A stretch of 64,000 bases of DNA. Source: a virus. Shown piece by piece: positions 62,138 through 64,000 of the stretch (positions are counted from its first letter, which is position 1; each line of letters opens with the position of its first letter). Under the pieces are notes generated by a model. The model had not been told where the DNA came from. It saw only the letters and a program-made list of their open reading frames with translations, and did not search any database. The position numbers and the translations under genes are program-made. Location of the stretch: positions 96,001 through 160,000 of the IMG/VR virus record IMGVR_UViG_3300027810_000002. One strand, 5' to 3'.

Positions 62138-63201
62138 TATTTATTATTAAATTTATTAATTTTTTCTGGTGTTAGTTCCTTTAAAAATTCAACGAATAAT
62201 TTAATACAGGATTTAACATCTTTCTTATGGGCCATTTCCACGGTAGTGTGCATATATTTTAATGGAGTTGCTAAGATCGCTGTTGGTGTATTCTCCATAA
62301 AGAATGCTACCGTATCATTACCCATTGATCCAACTGTTAATTGAACTGGTATCTTTTTGTCCTTTGCAATTTCCCTTAACATCTTATTAATACCTCTGTG
62401 ATTTTGCGAAGTATACTCTAGACATGGACCAGCTCCGCCTTTATTATCTCCATCTTTTGCTTTGTCTATTTTTGGAGTATTAGTATTATGACAAACATCG
62501 TGAACCAGTGCAAGATCTGCTTGTAAGTGTTTAGCAATCTTTTTGGCACCATGTAAGCCAACTTCTTCTTGAACTGAATTTACTACATATAAATCATAAG
62601 GTAATTCTATTCCTTTCTCTGTGATCTCTCTAAGAGCTTCGGCAATGATATATCCACCAATCTTGTTATCTAATGATCTACCAACATAATAGTCTCCCAT
62701 CTCGTGGAATTGATCGTCAAATGTAATTAAGTTTCCAACTTCAACGCCAGCTTTATTGACTGCTTTCTTATCTTTTAATCCGGTATCAACCCACAGCTCA
62801 TGTTGATCATATCCTGTCTCGACATATGATTTTCTAGTATGAATTGCTGGCCATCCGAAAACTCCCTTAACTTTAGTTCCAGTATGGGTATGTATCATTA
62901 CAGTTTTACTTGGTGCAATCATATTATCAGATCCACCATGTCTCTTTACTCTAATATATCCATCTGCTTCGATATTTGTAATAATCCATGCAATCTCGTC
63001 ACAGTGTGCTTCTATAACTACTTTAGTTGAGTTTTCTGTTTTAGATCTTTTAATACCATAGCTTGTGCCGTATGCATCAGTGTGTATTACGTCAGTAAAT
63101 TTCTCAATGTAATCTCTCCATATGGATTGACCTTCTTCCTCCTGTCCAACAGGGGCGTATGCATTTAAATAATTGTATAAAAATTTCTTGTTTTCTTTCA
63201 T
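62137..63201 (-). CDS. M42 family metallo-aminopeptidase
   Basis: EAHCDEI, SLDNK, VQEEVGL, HDV, YMHTTVE. Confidence 0.9.
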   Translation of the reverse strand: MKENKKFLYNYLNAYAPVGQEEEGQSIWRDYIEKFTDVIHTDAYGTSYGIKRSKTENSTKVVIEAHCDEIAWIITNIEADGYIRVKRHGGSDNMIAPSKTVMIHTHTGTKVKGVFGWPAIHTRKSYVETGYDQHELWVDTGLKDKKAVNKAGVEVGNLITFDDQFHEMGDYYVGRSLDNKIGGYIIAEALREITEKGIELPYDLYVVNSVQEEVGLHGAKKIAKHLQADLALVHDVCHNTNTPKIDKAKDGDNKGGAGPCLEYTSQNHRGINKMLREIAKDKKIPVQLTVGSMGNDTVAFFMENTPTAILATPLKYMHTTVEMAHKKDVKSCIKLFVEFLKELTPEKINKFNNK

Positions 63202-63202
63202 A

Positions 63203-63427
63203 TTAATCTTCTTTATTTCCTGTTAATTGATATGCTTCCCATAATTTATCCTGGGCTTCACTAATTAAATCTTTTATTTTTGTTTCTATTTTGGCAACTG
63301 GATGCTGCTGTAAATGATCATCTATCATTGACATAACTACATGTAACCTATCTAACATTTCATGATAATGAAATTTATCTAGCTCTACCTTTTTAGAAGT
63401 TTGTTTCTGTTGATTTGTTTTTTTCAT
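63203..63427 (-). CDS. Hypothetical protein
   Basis: DKFHYHEMLDR...QHP motif; likely start ATG 63427. Confidence 0.65.
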   Translation of the reverse strand: MKKTNQQKQTSKKVELDKFHYHEMLDRLHVVMSMIDDHLQQHPVAKIETKIKDLISEAQDKLWEAYQLTGNKED

Positions 63428-64000
63428 GGTACTCTGTAATTTTTGCAACTGCTTCTTCTGCAGTATCTACAACTCTAAATAAATCAAAATCTCTTTTGCT
63501 TATTGCACCGTGTTCCCATAGCGTATTTTGCATCCAATCAATTAATCCTTTCCAGTATTTTTGACCTACCAGAACTATTGGATATTTTACATTGTGTCCA
63601 CATTGTGCAAGAGTGATGGCCTCAAATAACTCATCTAAAGTGCCAACGCCGCCTGGAAATATCACAAATGCCTGTGAGTATTTAAGGAACATCACCTTGC
63701 GAGTAAAGAAATATCTATTCTCAACCCCTAAATCTACGTATTCATTCATGCTTGCTTCGAATGGTAATTCAATACCTACTCCGATAGATTTTCCACCAGC
63801 ATTATGTGCTCCTTTGTTAGCAGCTTCCATAATTCCTGGACCTCCACCTGTAATAACTCCGTATCCAGCTTCAACCAATAATCTACCGATCTTTTCTGCT
63901 TCTTTATATATTGGATTTGTTGAAAGAGTTCTGGCGCTTCCAAAAACAGAAACGCAAGATCCTAATTCATTAAATGTATCGAATCCCTTTGTGAATTCTC
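63393..64000 (-). CDS. LOG family (TIGR00730) nucleotide phosphoribohydrolase, 5' end outside window
   Basis: Frame continues to the edge (EFTKGF...VSVFGSAR); TGGGPGIMEAAN, FFTRK, PGGVGTLDE. Confidence 0.9.
   Translation of the reverse strand, partial: EFTKGFDTFNELGSCVSVFGSARTLSTNPIYKEAEKIGRLLVEAGYGVITGGGPGIMEAANKGAHNAGGKSIGVGIELPFEASMNEYVDLGVENRYFFTRKVMFLKYSQAFVIFPGGVGTLDELFEAITLAQCGHNVKYPIVLVGQKYWKGLIDWMQNTLWEHGAISKRDFDLFRVVDTAEEAVAKITEYHEKNKSTETNF

Noticed and set aside
1-64000. Stop-codon reassignment suggested by glnS
   Set aside because: Conserved genes are full-length in the standard code, and TAG/TGA end genes at expected positions.

Overview
AT-rich, gene-dense segment of what appears to be a jumbo/huge tailed dsDNA phage of a Bacteroidota (probably flavobacterial) host. 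Host inference rests on TAnnTTTG-like promoters, A-rich Shine-Dalgarno-less starts, a T9SS sorting domain and Bacteroidota-type ClpP, M42 and TIGR03643 genes. The standard genetic code fits. Layout: (1) 1-17.6 kb, minus-strand virion-fibre cluster with four ~900-aa collagen-like proteins, coiled-coil/decoration proteins and two glycosyltransferase-like genes; (2) 17.6-23.2 kb, ClpP, an N-domain-less ClpC and a dCMP-type thymidylate-synthase paralogue; (3) 23.2-24.3 kb and 29.1-29.6 kb, GC-richer non-coding tracts, the first origin-like; (4) 25-36.4 kb, a mostly plus-strand early island of small genes (DUF932-like, RadA-like, LPD29-like, T9SS cargo, GATase, GlnRS) behind repeated promoter modules; (5) 36.4-64 kb, minus-strand mixed genes with two ~2000-aa fibres sharing one anchor domain, thyA, a lysozyme-like gene, mini-MscS, a flavodoxin-like gene, M42 peptidase and LOG. 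Main observations: three adjacent collagen chains share a registration motif and carry a 42-residue-equivalent duplication at the same axial position, suggesting a hetero-oligomeric collagen. Three promoter classes can be read directly, including a strict AAAC-N17-TATAAT class and early promoters with helically phased PerR/Fur-like or DnaA-like boxes. An A9 run gives access to a hidden 103-codon -1 extension. No tRNA, rRNA, CRISPR array or integrase was seen. All family calls are by motif recognition, not database searches.
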